Source: an uncultured Veillonella sp.
GTDB taxonomy: Bacteria > Bacillota > Negativicutes > Veillonellales > Veillonellaceae
Length of the DNA stretch: 64,000 bases
Assembly: GCA_963516605.1 (NCBI GenBank)
Contig: CAUQBP010000010.1
Span: 2,289 to 66,288, forward strand
Reading direction: 5' to 3'
The position numbers and the translations under genes were made by a program. The notes under the pieces were generated by a model. That model did no database searches, had not been told where the DNA came from, and saw nothing but the letters and a program-made list of their open reading frames with translations. This document shows positions 30,174 through 40,031 of the stretch, in pieces (within the stretch, counting starts at the first letter, position 1; each line of letters starts with the position of its first letter).

Positions 30174-30875
30174 TTACCTCTGTTTCGCCCACCGTTGGTA
30201 TCCTTTCCACAGTAGGAAATAGATAACCGACGCAATGAGTATCACCACGGTTAAGCGACCTAAGTTATCTTGTAATAGTACCGCATCGTGACCAACGATG
30301 ACTTCTAACGCTGTGGATGGAAACTTACCGATTAAATTTGCAATAATATAATCTCGTAAAGAGATTTGGCTAATCGCTCCCAAAGCAGTAATGATCCCAC
30401 TTGGAAAATATGGAATAGATCTAGCAAAGAGCATCATAACTAAACCATTTTTACCACTAAAGTCATCCACTTTCAGCAAAAACTCGCTCTTTTCTATGAC
30501 CTTATGCGCTGTATCTCGCAAGATGTAACGCATAATCATAAAGCTCAATACAACGCCCACCGTTTCTGCTAGCCAAGAGATGATAATCCCTGGCACTACG
30601 CCAAATAACAAGCCATTGGCTGTAGAAAAGAAGATGGATGGTAAAAATCCCAACGCATTGATGAGCACATCGAGGACAAAGCTAATCACCATTGCCCAGG
30701 GGCCATAGGATTGCAAGACCTCTGCCATGCGTTGTACATCGCCGGAAAGAATCAGTTCCCACATGTCATCATAAAAACCAGGAACAAGGACGTACACCAG
30801 TAGTCCCAGTGCTACGAGTCCACTCAACAACCCCAGTTGTATATATCGTTCCTTTTTCTTATCATTCATTCCCAT
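30174..30875 (-). CDS. TVP38/TMEM64 (DedA/VTT) family membrane protein
   Basis: Multi-TM with LPS...NGLLFG and ARSIPYFP...IGKFP patterns. Confidence 0.85.
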   Translation of the reverse strand: MGMNDKKKERYIQLGLLSGLVALGLLVYVLVPGFYDDMWELILSGDVQRMAEVLQSYGPWAMVISFVLDVLINALGFLPSIFFSTANGLLFGVVPGIIISWLAETVGVVLSFMIMRYILRDTAHKVIEKSEFLLKVDDFSGKNGLVMMLFARSIPYFPSGIITALGAISQISLRDYIIANLIGKFPSTALEVIVGHDAVLLQDNLGRLTVVILIASVIYFLLWKGYQRWAKQR

Positions 30876-30896
30876 ACCTTCTTTTCTAGTTGTTAC

Positions 30897-32126
30897 TTAA
30901 CCTCTACCGTCTAATACTAAATTATCGTGGATCGCACGAACCGCCGTTTTAATGTGTTCTTCTCCGATAAGACAGGAAATACTAATTTCAGAAGTACTGA
31001 TAATCTCAATATTCACACCTTTGTCAGATAAAATGCCGAACATTTTCGCTGCGACCCCTGGTTGTCCCAACATACCAGCACCCACGATAGATACTTTTGC
31101 CATATTTTCGTTAATCACGCACTCTTCGATAGACATGGATTGACCAAGCTCTTCAAGCACTTGTTTCGCCAAGTTCACATCATCACGTGTAATCGTGAAC
31201 ACGATATCTGTTCGTTTATCATCTGTGGTCCGGATACTTTGTACGATCATGTCTACGTCGATACTCTTATTGGCTAATGCTTGGAACACTTGATGTGCCA
31301 CACCTGGAATATTTTCCACCCCTACAAGACTTACTTTTGCTACATTTGTATCATCTGCAACGCCTGTAATAGCGTATTGATTTGCTTTCATTGTATACTC
31401 CTCTCGAATTATCGTGCCTTCTTCATCACTGAAAGTAGATCGTACATGAATTGGCACCCCATACCGATGTCCCATTTCGACCGCTCTTGGTTGCATAACG
31501 CCTGCCCCTAAGCGCGCCATTTCTAACATTTCACCATAGGTGATTTCTTTCAATTTAACAGCCCCTGGTGCTACCCGTGGGTCTGTGGAGTATACCCCAT
31601 CTACATCTGTAAAGATTTCGCATACATCGGCTTTCATAGCGCCTGCTAATGCGACTGCTGTTGTGTCAGAACCACCACGACCTAATGTAGTAATGTCCCC
31701 AGCTTCCGTCATACCTTGGAAACCAGCCACAACCACAATATTGCCCACTTCTAACGCATCTAGCACACGTTTCGGTTCAATATCTAAGATACGTGCTTTC
31801 CCAAATGTATCACTCGTCGCAATCCCTGCTTGCTCCCCTGTCATAGATACCGCTGCATGACCTTTCGCTTGGAACGCCAGTGCCATCAATGCAATCGTCA
31901 CTTGCTCACCCGTAGAAAGAAGACGATCCATTTCACGACCATACGGCATAGATGTCACTTCTTTTGCCAAGCTTACTAGCTCATCCGTTGTATCGCCCAT
32001 GGCAGAAACAACGACCACAATTCGATCATCATCTTGCTTATCGCTCAATACACGATTCACAATGTTAAATATTTTTTCTGGCGTCGCTACAGAACTACCG
32101 CCAAATTTTTTCACAATTAATGCCAC
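30897..32126 (-). CDS. lysC: Aspartate kinase
   Basis: KKFGGSS, LGRGGSDTTA, TDVDGVY, two ACT domains (STSEISIS). Confidence 0.93.
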   Translation of the reverse strand: MALIVKKFGGSSVATPEKIFNIVNRVLSDKQDDDRIVVVVSAMGDTTDELVSLAKEVTSMPYGREMDRLLSTGEQVTIALMALAFQAKGHAAVSMTGEQAGIATSDTFGKARILDIEPKRVLDALEVGNIVVVAGFQGMTEAGDITTLGRGGSDTTAVALAGAMKADVCEIFTDVDGVYSTDPRVAPGAVKLKEITYGEMLEMARLGAGVMQPRAVEMGHRYGVPIHVRSTFSDEEGTIIREEYTMKANQYAITGVADDTNVAKVSLVGVENIPGVAHQVFQALANKSIDVDMIVQSIRTTDDKRTDIVFTITRDDVNLAKQVLEELGQSMSIEECVINENMAKVSIVGAGMLGQPGVAAKMFGILSDKGVNIEIISTSEISISCLIGEEHIKTAVRAIHDNLVLDGRG

Positions 32127-32174
32127 TGCAATCCCTCATTTATAAGATACAAAGTATAAAACAATATCTATATT

Positions 32175-32203
32175 AATCTACCATACTACGCTACTAAAGT
32201 AAA
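32175..32203 (-). promoter_or_regulatory. Promoter for the aspartokinase gene
   Basis: TTTACT-17 nt-TAGATT with TGn extension. Confidence 0.55.
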
Positions 32204-32324
32204 GGATTTTTGTAATATTTTACTATTTTTATCATACATTTGTCTTTTTAAGGTAGATATTTCTATATATATTTTTACTATATTATACAACAGTCTATGC
32301 CTATACAAAATCTATACATAATAA

Positions 32325-32362
32325 TAAAGGACTGCCTCCCCCCAAAGGGTCAACAGTCCTTA
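32325..32362 (-). terminator. Terminator after the superoxide reductase-like gene
   Basis: AAGGACTG...CAGTCCTT stem with T-rich tail on the minus strand. Confidence 0.6.
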
Positions 32363-32396
32363 TCATAATCAATTCAGTTATTTGTCTAATCCAAAA

Positions 32397-32792
32397 TTAG
32401 CCTTCTACTACGATATCTTTTTCAGATTCCCACAAGCCGTGGATGTTGCAGTAAGAAGTTGCAATCAAACGACCAGATTTTTTGAAAGATGCAGTAACAA
32501 CGCCAGCTGCTTCAGCATGTACAGGGCCTTCGTTAGCACCTGTAGGAGCTTCGCCGTGTACGTTGAACTCAAGACGAGCCACTTCGTATGGAAGTTGTGT
32601 ACCTTCTTCTACATAGTACAATTTGATCCAAGAAATATGATGTTCTACAGTGTTAGGATGAGCAATTTCTTTACCCACTTCTAATTCGATTACAACGCGT
32701 TCGCCAGCTTTTACAGTGTCAGGTGCTGTGATCACTGGAACGTGTTTTTCTGTTGCAAATTCAGCTGTTTTTACATAATTTGTGATAGCCAT
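32397..32792 (-). CDS. Superoxide reductase-like protein (neelaredoxin/class II SORL)
   Basis: EKHVP, HPNTVEHHI and YCNIHGLW iron-ligand motifs. Confidence 0.9.
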   Translation of the reverse strand: MAITNYVKTAEFATEKHVPVITAPDTVKAGERVVIELEVGKEIAHPNTVEHHISWIKLYYVEEGTQLPYEVARLEFNVHGEAPTGANEGPVHAEAAGVVTASFKKSGRLIATSYCNIHGLWESEKDIVVEG

Positions 32793-32870
32793 AGGTATAA
32801 CCCCCTTGAATTAATATCATATCCAAACATGGAAACCTTTCCATGTAAAGCACTAAATTAGTACACTATT

Positions 32871-32899
32871 ATTGTACTTGTTTTTCTTCACTTACGCAA
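32871..32899 (-). promoter_or_regulatory. Promoter for the superoxide reductase-like gene
   Basis: TTGCGT-17 nt-TACAAT. Confidence 0.65.
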
Positions 32900-32991
32900 G
32901 AACTATTTTTAAGATTTTCGATGTGGTTTTTGCATACATCTTTTATTTTCTGCAACATCTAGTAATCAAACACATACTTAGACCGCCTCAG

Positions 32992-33525
32992 CTAAAACTC
33001 TATGCCACGCTTTGCTTTAATCCCTTGTTGATAGGCATGTTTGATAACTTTCATTTCCGTTACCGTATGCGCCAATTCAATAATCTCTGGTCGTGCATTG
33101 CGCCCGGTTAAAATCATATCTAATCCCTCTGGTTTGCGTTTCAATAAATCTACTACTGTCTCTACGTCCACCAACCCATAATGAATGGCGTAATTAATTT
33201 CATCGAGGATAATCAAGTCCCATTGACCCGACTGCACTTCTTGTTCTACCATGGCCCACGCTTCTTTCGCTGCCGCTTGGTGTTCCTTCATCTTTTCTTC
33301 CGACTCTTCTTGTTTATGAAAGATAAACCCTTTCCCCATCGATCGAATCTCTACCGTTGGTAGTAATGCAATGCCTGCCAATTCACCATAGTTGGCACCA
33401 CTTTTAATAAATTGAAGAATCAACACCTTGCGTCCACAACCTGCGGAACGCAATGCCACGCCAAGGGCCGCGGTCGTTTTACCTTTACCGTCCCCAGTAT
33501 TCACTAAAATTAAACCTTCACTCAT
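32992..33525 (-). CDS. cobO: Cob(I)alamin adenosyltransferase (CobO/CobA/BtuR family)
   Basis: TGDGKGKTTAALG, QFIK, ILDE, LTGR, GIEF; start moved to ATG 33525 after AAAGGGGG. Confidence 0.92.
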   Translation of the reverse strand: MSEGLILVNTGDGKGKTTAALGVALRSAGCGRKVLILQFIKSGANYGELAGIALLPTVEIRSMGKGFIFHKQEESEEKMKEHQAAAKEAWAMVEQEVQSGQWDLIILDEINYAIHYGLVDVETVVDLLKRKPEGLDMILTGRNARPEIIELAHTVTEMKVIKHAYQQGIKAKRGIEF

Positions 33526-33597
33526 GTCATTTCCCCCTTTCTTTGGGTATATGGAAATCCCATGCCAAGGCATAGGATTCCGCAGTAGTATATACAA

Positions 33598-34200
33598 TTA
33601 AAATGGATTACGTATATGATATGCTAGTTTACCAAGTACATGGTCCACTGGTACAAATCCAATGAAACGGCTATCGGAAGAATGATTACGATTGTCTCCC
33701 ATCACAAATACATGCCCTTCCGGCACAGTAATTGGTAAGGAGCGTTCAAACTTCATAGTCTCTTTTTTTGTATACGTTTCATTTAGTTTGGTACCATTTC
33801 TCCACACATGACCCTCTTTAAACTCTAATGTATCACCTGGACGACCGATCACTCGTTTTACCCATACATCATGGCCTTGCAAGGATGGTACGACCACACT
33901 AGCATAGTTCATCAAAGGTTCCATCACATCATCTTTCCAAGACCGTTCTCGTTGCACTCGACTATCAATGATGACGATGTCTTCGTAATTTGGTACATCT
34001 CGCATAACATGAGACCATTTGCTAATTAATAGGAAATCCCCATTATGTAACGTATCCTCCATTGATTCTCCGGATACTCTCGTAGGTTGTACAATAAATA
34101 TATGCGTTAACATGGCTACAATAAGAGCCACAACAATAGCTTGCAACCACTCACGAGCTTCTTTCAAAATTTGACTGCCAATGGCTGTATCTTTTTCCAT
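33598..34200 (-). CDS. lepB: Signal peptidase I
   Basis: GESMEDTL (Ser), VKRVIG (Lys), GDNRNHSSDSR; start moved to ATG 34200 after GGAGG. Confidence 0.93.
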   Translation of the reverse strand: MEKDTAIGSQILKEAREWLQAIVVALIVAMLTHIFIVQPTRVSGESMEDTLHNGDFLLISKWSHVMRDVPNYEDIVIIDSRVQRERSWKDDVMEPLMNYASVVVPSLQGHDVWVKRVIGRPGDTLEFKEGHVWRNGTKLNETYTKKETMKFERSLPITVPEGHVFVMGDNRNHSSDSRFIGFVPVDHVLGKLAYHIRNPF

Positions 34201-34251
34201 AGATCCTCCTATTCTAAGAATACGCAATGATACGTATCTTGTATGTATCGA

Positions 34252-35136
34252 TTAATGGATTGATTTCTTACCGAACTGACCACCGAATACATCATGTACA
34301 TCATTGATGGTGATGAAAGCATTCTCATCCACTTCGTAAATAATATCTTTCAATTTTGTTAATTCCAATCGCGTCACGACACAGTAAATAATCCGCTTTG
34401 GAGTCTTGGTATAGGCCCCTTCGCCGTACAATAAAGTAACACCACGACCTAAGCGATGCATCACTACATCAGCTACTTCTTCCGATTTATCAGTGATGAC
34501 CATAACGCCTTTCGATTCTTCTACGCCCGTAATGACTAAGTCCATCATTTTATAGGCTACGAAATAGGCAATCAAGGAATACATAGCACTATTCCAATCA
34601 TATACAAAACCCGCCGCTCCTAAAATAAAGAAGTTTAGGAACATGACGATTTCACCTACGGAAAAGGAACTTTTTTTATCAAAGATAATGGCTACAATTT
34701 CCGATCCATCTAAGGACCCACCATTTCGTATAATAATGCCTACCCCAAGACCTAGAATAATGCCGCCGAAGACTGTGGCTAACAAGGGGTCATTCACAAT
34801 AGGCGGCACATGATGCATGAAAGCAGAAAATACGGAAATGCACGCTATAGCGAATAAGGTAGATATGGTAAAACTTTTACCAATTTGCATATACCCTACA
34901 TATAAAAATGGTAGATTAATCAACATAACTAGTACACTAAATGAGATACCAGATAGCTTACTTGCCATCAAGGCAATACCTACAACGCCACCATCGATTA
35001 GGTGGTTTGGCACTAAAAATACATCTAGTCCATAGGTATAAATCACAGCACCTATAATCATCATACAGTATCGCATAGCCATATCTATTAATTTTCGCTT
35101 TCTGCTTTTATGTTCTTTCATCCTTTGGATACTCAC
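34252..35136 (-). CDS. YitT family membrane protein
   Basis: DGGVVGI, NLPF, GGSLDGSE, RGVTLL, DENAFI. Confidence 0.9.
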   Translation of the reverse strand: MSIQRMKEHKSRKRKLIDMAMRYCMMIIGAVIYTYGLDVFLVPNHLIDGGVVGIALMASKLSGISFSVLVMLINLPFLYVGYMQIGKSFTISTLFAIACISVFSAFMHHVPPIVNDPLLATVFGGIILGLGVGIIIRNGGSLDGSEIVAIIFDKKSSFSVGEIVMFLNFFILGAAGFVYDWNSAMYSLIAYFVAYKMMDLVITGVEESKGVMVITDKSEEVADVVMHRLGRGVTLLYGEGAYTKTPKRIIYCVVTRLELTKLKDIIYEVDENAFITINDVHDVFGGQFGKKSIH

Positions 35137-35555
35137 TCCTTATTTGTTACTAACCAACGTTCTCCAATAATCCATGCCGTAATATCATCCACAGGAACTG
35201 GAGGGTATAACATGCCTTTTGGCACTAATTTTCGCCACCCTGTAGGTGGATGTACTTCAAAATAACGGCGCCGTGCTTCTTCTGTGGTATACTTTTCATT
35301 GACAAAGTTAAATTTTTTTCCTTGCGATTCTGCTACCTGTTTTACAATGGTCCCTACCGCTTTATGATTGGTTCCATTTCCACAGACTAAAACAGATACC
35401 CCTGCATACATCCTTAATAGAGATTGTAATTCACACATTACGGAATCAGTAGGCACAATATCCATCATCATTAATTGAGATGTTCTGGTAAGAATCGCAA
35501 TTCCGGTTTTATCACGACCTGGGTCAACCGCCAATACATAAGGTTCCAATACCAT
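35133..35555 (-). CDS. YqgF/RNase H-like nuclease
   Basis: LAVDPGRDKTG, GNGT, NEKYTTEEAR, PVDD. Confidence 0.75.
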   Translation of the reverse strand: MVLEPYVLAVDPGRDKTGIAILTRTSQLMMMDIVPTDSVMCELQSLLRMYAGVSVLVCGNGTNHKAVGTIVKQVAESQGKKFNFVNEKYTTEEARRRYFEVHPPTGWRKLVPKGMLYPPVPVDDITAWIIGERWLVTNKE

Positions 35556-35565
35556 TGTTTATACC

Positions 35566-36747
35566 TCACTGATTTACCGGAATGACACGCAACATAATTT
35601 GTACAGGTCCACTGGTGAAAGTATCTTCTCTAGTAACAGCCTCTAAGCGTACAGGACCACGTTGATTTTCAACTTTTCGTATCGTAGTAAACAACTCATT
35701 GCCAGGTAGAGACCCCACTTCGCCAGTAATTGGGTCAGGCAAGATACCGTGTTTCTTTGCCTCTACATTGACTTCTTTTAAGAAAGCCAACACTTGATCT
35801 TGTGCGCTGTTACCACCATCGATAACGGATGACCAAAGGACTGTATCCTTTTTGAAAATCATATCATGAGGATACGCATGAATTTCTGCTAACGCCGGTT
35901 CTCCATAAATAATATTGGCAGATGCTGTGACCCGAATCATCAATGGTTTATCTGTAGAGGCCACTACTTTTGCTACTTCATTCAAATTATCTCGACTCAC
36001 ATAAATCACTGTTTTTTCCTCTTCCATTTGGAATCGATTCAAAATCAGGCGATTCGTATCTTTCAAGAAACTGGTTAAGGCAGCCATACTTTCCACTTCC
36101 CCTAAGCCTGGACGAATCACTGCTTGAGATAAAACTTCCCCATTGCGGAATACTACATTGCCTTCACGAACATGATTGATACCATCCTCTAATTCTTTTG
36201 TTGTTATTTGCAGGTCTTGTACATGACTTTCTAGTTGCGTCCGTACATCTTCTAAACGTCCTACTTCAGCATTGGATGCCACTAACTTATGCTCTGCCTC
36301 TGCATAGGCATCCTGGATCGACACCAGTTGATCTCCCATACTTGTCAAGGCTCTACGAGTTTCTTCTAATTCTTGTTCCGTTGCTTGCACATCACTTTGT
36401 ACCTTTTGTAATTGTTTATTTTTTTGATTCAATTCATCATTACTTTGTTGCAATGCTTTCGTTTTTTGATCGATATCTGCTGAAAGTTGTGCCATCTCAG
36501 CTTTCAATTTATCCATTCCGAATAAAGCAGTACGTACATTGTTAGATGCAATACTAAGCACGCCCAATGTGGCTGCGGAAATTAAAATACCCGTTACTAT
36601 GGTCACAATAATAGAAGTATACTTAGGGCGCAACCCAAACAAACTCATGCGCCGTTTCCCTACTTTTGTGCCTATTTTATCGCCTAAAAATGCAATTAAT
36701 CCCCCCATAATGGTAATGATGAGGAGAATCCGAAGTCCCACTAACAT
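35566..36747 (-). CDS. DUF3084-like membrane-anchored coiled-coil protein
   Basis: GGLIAFLGDKIGTKVGKRRMSLFGLRPKYT motif between two TM helices, then a coiled coil; start moved to ATG 36747 after GAGGT. Confidence 0.8.
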   Translation of the reverse strand: MLVGLRILLIITIMGGLIAFLGDKIGTKVGKRRMSLFGLRPKYTSIIVTIVTGILISAATLGVLSIASNNVRTALFGMDKLKAEMAQLSADIDQKTKALQQSNDELNQKNKQLQKVQSDVQATEQELEETRRALTSMGDQLVSIQDAYAEAEHKLVASNAEVGRLEDVRTQLESHVQDLQITTKELEDGINHVREGNVVFRNGEVLSQAVIRPGLGEVESMAALTSFLKDTNRLILNRFQMEEEKTVIYVSRDNLNEVAKVVASTDKPLMIRVTASANIIYGEPALAEIHAYPHDMIFKKDTVLWSSVIDGGNSAQDQVLAFLKEVNVEAKKHGILPDPITGEVGSLPGNELFTTIRKVENQRGPVRLEAVTREDTFTSGPVQIMLRVIPVNQ

Positions 36748-36791
36748 AGCCGTATACCTCAATGTCAAATACTAGTTCTATATCTTTACTT

Positions 36792-36820
36792 AGTATATCA
36801 AAATCCCTAGTACACTACAA
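36792..36820 (-). promoter_or_regulatory. Candidate promoter for the DUF3084-like gene
   Basis: TTGTAG-17 nt-TATACT with TGn extension. Confidence 0.5.
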
Positions 36821-36925
36821 TGGTTGCACAAGAAAAGGTCTCAATATACCACGCTTAATACAGTGATAAAAGAGTAGCACTACCTAGTCGAGTCGATTAG
36901 TAATGCTACCCCTATACCCTCTTAT

Positions 36926-38023
36926 TTATTTAGATACTCTCCAGTTTAAATATAAACCAGCTATGACACCTAATGTATTCGGAATCCAAGCCGCCAGCAA
37001 CGGTGGTATCGCCCCACCTTTACCTAAGGCACCTGACAGTGTCATAACCCCATAATAAATGAAGATAACTAGCACTGAGATACCGAATCCAATAGACGAA
37101 CTGGACCGTTGTTTTTGTAGGCCTAATGGTGCGCCTACTAAAGCAAATATAAAGCTTGCCACTGGAATGGTAAATCGTTGATACATTTCCATTTGCCATT
37201 CTGTAATCTTACCACCCGTAGCTTCCATCGCTTTGATTTGCTGTCTAATCTCTTTAATAGTCATCTCTTCTGGTTTGCGTTGAGAGCGACTAATTTTATC
37301 TGGGTCTTGCGTTATTGGAAGTACTTGTTCTTCAAACTTTAATGTACGATCAATACCCTCACCAGACGCATTGATATCGTAAATAGTACCGTCATGCATA
37401 ATCCAGTATTGACCATTCCAATTTGCTGTTTTAGCACGTTCAATTTGTGTCACTTGTCCATCTGTAAATTGCTGCACTGTAATATCGGACAGTAATTTAG
37501 TAGAACTATCATATTTTCCTGCGTACATTAAGGTATTAATCTTTTTGTCAGCCAAGGTCTTCAACACAATATGTTCCTGCGTTTGCGGTGTAGCACGCTT
37601 CATAATTTCCTCGCGGATAATCGTTTGATACGCATGATTCGCAGCTGGTACCACATACTCATTGAACGCAATGGAACATAGAGAAATTAAGAATGCCATA
37701 ATATACACTGGTGTAGCCAAACGCAAGAAGTTTTGACCCCCTGCACGCATGACAATAATCTCACTACTACCACTTAATCGACCAAATGTCATCAAAGATC
37801 CTAATAGGACAGACATAGGGAACGTCAATATGACGATATTTGGCAATGCCAATAAAAACGCTCTGGTCACAGACCACAAACTAGCTCCGTATTCTGTAAT
37901 ATACTGAGCAATCCGAAATAGGGTGCCGGTACCAATAAATATACTGGTAAAGGCAAAAATCCCAAACAGAAATGGACCTATGAAAGCTTTCAATATATAT
38001 TTATCTAAAATTCTCATACCCAC
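36926..38023 (-). CDS. LPS export permease LptF/LptG family
   Basis: ILDKYI, SEIIVMRAGG, AAWIPN; six TM with periplasmic domain; next to lptB. Confidence 0.92.
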   Translation of the reverse strand: MGMRILDKYILKAFIGPFLFGIFAFTSIFIGTGTLFRIAQYITEYGASLWSVTRAFLLALPNIVILTFPMSVLLGSLMTFGRLSGSSEIIVMRAGGQNFLRLATPVYIMAFLISLCSIAFNEYVVPAANHAYQTIIREEIMKRATPQTQEHIVLKTLADKKINTLMYAGKYDSSTKLLSDITVQQFTDGQVTQIERAKTANWNGQYWIMHDGTIYDINASGEGIDRTLKFEEQVLPITQDPDKISRSQRKPEEMTIKEIRQQIKAMEATGGKITEWQMEMYQRFTIPVASFIFALVGAPLGLQKQRSSSSIGFGISVLVIFIYYGVMTLSGALGKGGAIPPLLAAWIPNTLGVIAGLYLNWRVSK

Positions 38024-38025
38024 TC

Positions 38026-38745
38026 CTACATTCGGAAATCATCACCTAAATAAAACTTACGAGCCACATCGCTCGTAGCCACTTCATCAGCGGTGCCTTC
38101 TAATAAAATAGTCCCACTATTTAAGATGTACGCCTTATCCACAATCCCTAACGTTTCACGCACATTATGGTCTGTAATAAGCACCCCAATACCACGATCT
38201 TTCAAATGGCGAATTATGGATTGAATATCTGCTACCGCAATAGGATCAACCCCTGCAAAAGGCTCATCTAGCAATATAAATTTAGGATTTAAAGCAATGG
38301 CTCTGGCAATTTCTACACGACGACGCTCACCACCTGACAACTGAATGCCCAACCGGTCACGCACGTGGGTGATATGAAATTCTTCCAATAACGATTCCAT
38401 AGTATCCTTCTGTTCTGCTTTAGAAAGATTGGTGGTTTCTAACATGGCTAAGATATTATCTTCTACTGTTAAATTGCGAAAAATAGATGCCTCTTGCGGC
38501 AAATATCCAATACCATAAGCAGATCGTTTATACATCGGCATGTGTGTCACATCCACATCACCAATACAGATACTCCCTGAAGTCGGCTTTTCTACACCTA
38601 CAATCATATAAAAGGTAGTTGTCTTGCCGGCTCCATTAGGACCTAACAAGCCTACAATTTCACCTTCTTCAACACGGACGCTAACTTCATCCACTACATT
38701 TCTTGATTTGTAGGTTTTCACTAAATCCTTTGTTTGAATAAACAT
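38026..38745 (-). CDS. lptB: LPS export ABC ATPase
   Basis: [44 protein letters not shown]. Confidence 0.96.
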   Translation of the reverse strand: MFIQTKDLVKTYKSRNVVDEVSVRVEEGEIVGLLGPNGAGKTTTFYMIVGVEKPTSGSICIGDVDVTHMPMYKRSAYGIGYLPQEASIFRNLTVEDNILAMLETTNLSKAEQKDTMESLLEEFHITHVRDRLGIQLSGGERRRVEIARAIALNPKFILLDEPFAGVDPIAVADIQSIIRHLKDRGIGVLITDHNVRETLGIVDKAYILNSGTILLEGTADEVATSDVARKFYLGDDFRM

Positions 38746-38754
38746 AAACTCTCC

Positions 38755-39489
38755 TTACTTTGGAGTAATGATTAATGTACTACGCCCACCAAGCGTTTCT
38801 GCACTATTATCACTAAGTTCTATCTTTAACTCTGGGGCTTCTAAAACATTCCCATTTTGCACAGCTCTAGCATTACCTTTTAAATAAGCAACACCATCAT
38901 TTTGATTTGGTGTTTGCGTGTACACCGCCTCATCTGCTGTAGCATTGACATTACGACTGGCACTAGATAAAGTTACATTCCCTTTAGCTGTCGCAGATAT
39001 TTGATTGGTATACGCCGTAATATGTTGACCCGTCAATACATTATCTGCCATCACTAATTGTCCATGTCCAATAATCTCGCCATATCCAGTTTCCGTATTA
39101 TAATTCACTTGATCACCAAATAATTGACGATCATCTTTTTGTAGATGTACATTACCTGTCGCATCAAATTGGTGATTATGTAAGACATGTACTTCACCAG
39201 CTGCCATGGACATATTGTTACCAATCATGCTCACGCCACCTGTTAAAAATCCTTCTTCACCTTTTGTATTGTACCAACCAGAGGCACCTGTCATAGTTTT
39301 ATCATCTTTTGTAATGACCACACTGCCTTTGGCTTCTGCTCGACCACTGATACCATCATATGTCAACTGATCGGCAGTAATCATTATATTTCCATTGCCA
39401 GCAGGATTTGCATCCGTTGGCGCTGCCCATACGGGAATCATCATGACACCACCCATAAGAGCTGCCATGAGTAAATGTTGTAGTTTCAT
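38755..39489 (-). CDS. lptA: LptA/OstA family periplasmic LPS bridge protein
   Basis: Signal peptide, repeated beta-jellyroll motifs (ITADQL, GNV, GNA); between lptC and lptB. Confidence 0.8.
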   Translation of the reverse strand: MKLQHLLMAALMGGVMMIPVWAAPTDANPAGNGNIMITADQLTYDGISGRAEAKGSVVITKDDKTMTGASGWYNTKGEEGFLTGGVSMIGNNMSMAAGEVHVLHNHQFDATGNVHLQKDDRQLFGDQVNYNTETGYGEIIGHGQLVMADNVLTGQHITAYTNQISATAKGNVTLSSASRNVNATADEAVYTQTPNQNDGVAYLKGNARAVQNGNVLEAPELKIELSDNSAETLGGRSTLIITPK

Positions 39490-39500
39490 GAATTTCCTTC

Positions 39501-40031
39501 CTACTTGCGAATCAATTTAGCATGACCTTTTGCTGTCACTTGTTGCAATATCATATCCCCTTCTAATGCATCACCTTCTAGTGTAGTATCTGCATCAGTA
39601 TAGGTAAACTTAGAAGTAGATTTAAATACCTGTTCCTTACTAGTATATTCTAATCCTTCTGTACGAAGACTAGCTCCCGTACTGGAGGTAGCCTCAATAC
39701 CACCGGATAAAGTAATTTGCCCATGATCTTTAGATACTAGGCCTTTAGGCGCTTTTACAGTGAGTATGGTTCCCTCTTTATGAAAGGTGCCTGTCACATT
39801 TTCTAAGGTAATGACTTTCGTCGCTTGGTCAAGACTAATTTTTTCAGCTTTTACTGACCAAATGAGTTGTCCGTTTTTTTCTTCTTTCAGTTCTGTACCA
39901 TTAAAGCTAATGGAATTACCCGATGGTCCTAACGATGTCGTATCGGTACCACCATATAGGAAGTATCCAAAACCTAAGAGAATTAAAATGCCTACCACAA
40001 TCGCGAGGAGAAGTTTTTTATTGTTCTTCAT
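39501..40031 (-). CDS. lptC: LPS export protein LptC
   Basis: Single N-terminal TM plus beta-jellyroll; start moved to ATG 40031 after GGGAGG. Confidence 0.8.
   Translation of the reverse strand: MKNNKKLLLAIVVGILILLGFGYFLYGGTDTTSLGPSGNSISFNGTELKEEKNGQLIWSVKAEKISLDQATKVITLENVTGTFHKEGTILTVKAPKGLVSKDHGQITLSGGIEATSSTGASLRTEGLEYTSKEQVFKSTSKFTYTDADTTLEGDALEGDMILQQVTAKGHAKLIRK

Noticed and set aside
32127..32320. Lysine riboswitch upstream of aspartokinase
   Set aside because: The region is AT-rich and unstructured, and the candidate promoter leaves only about 40 nt of leader.
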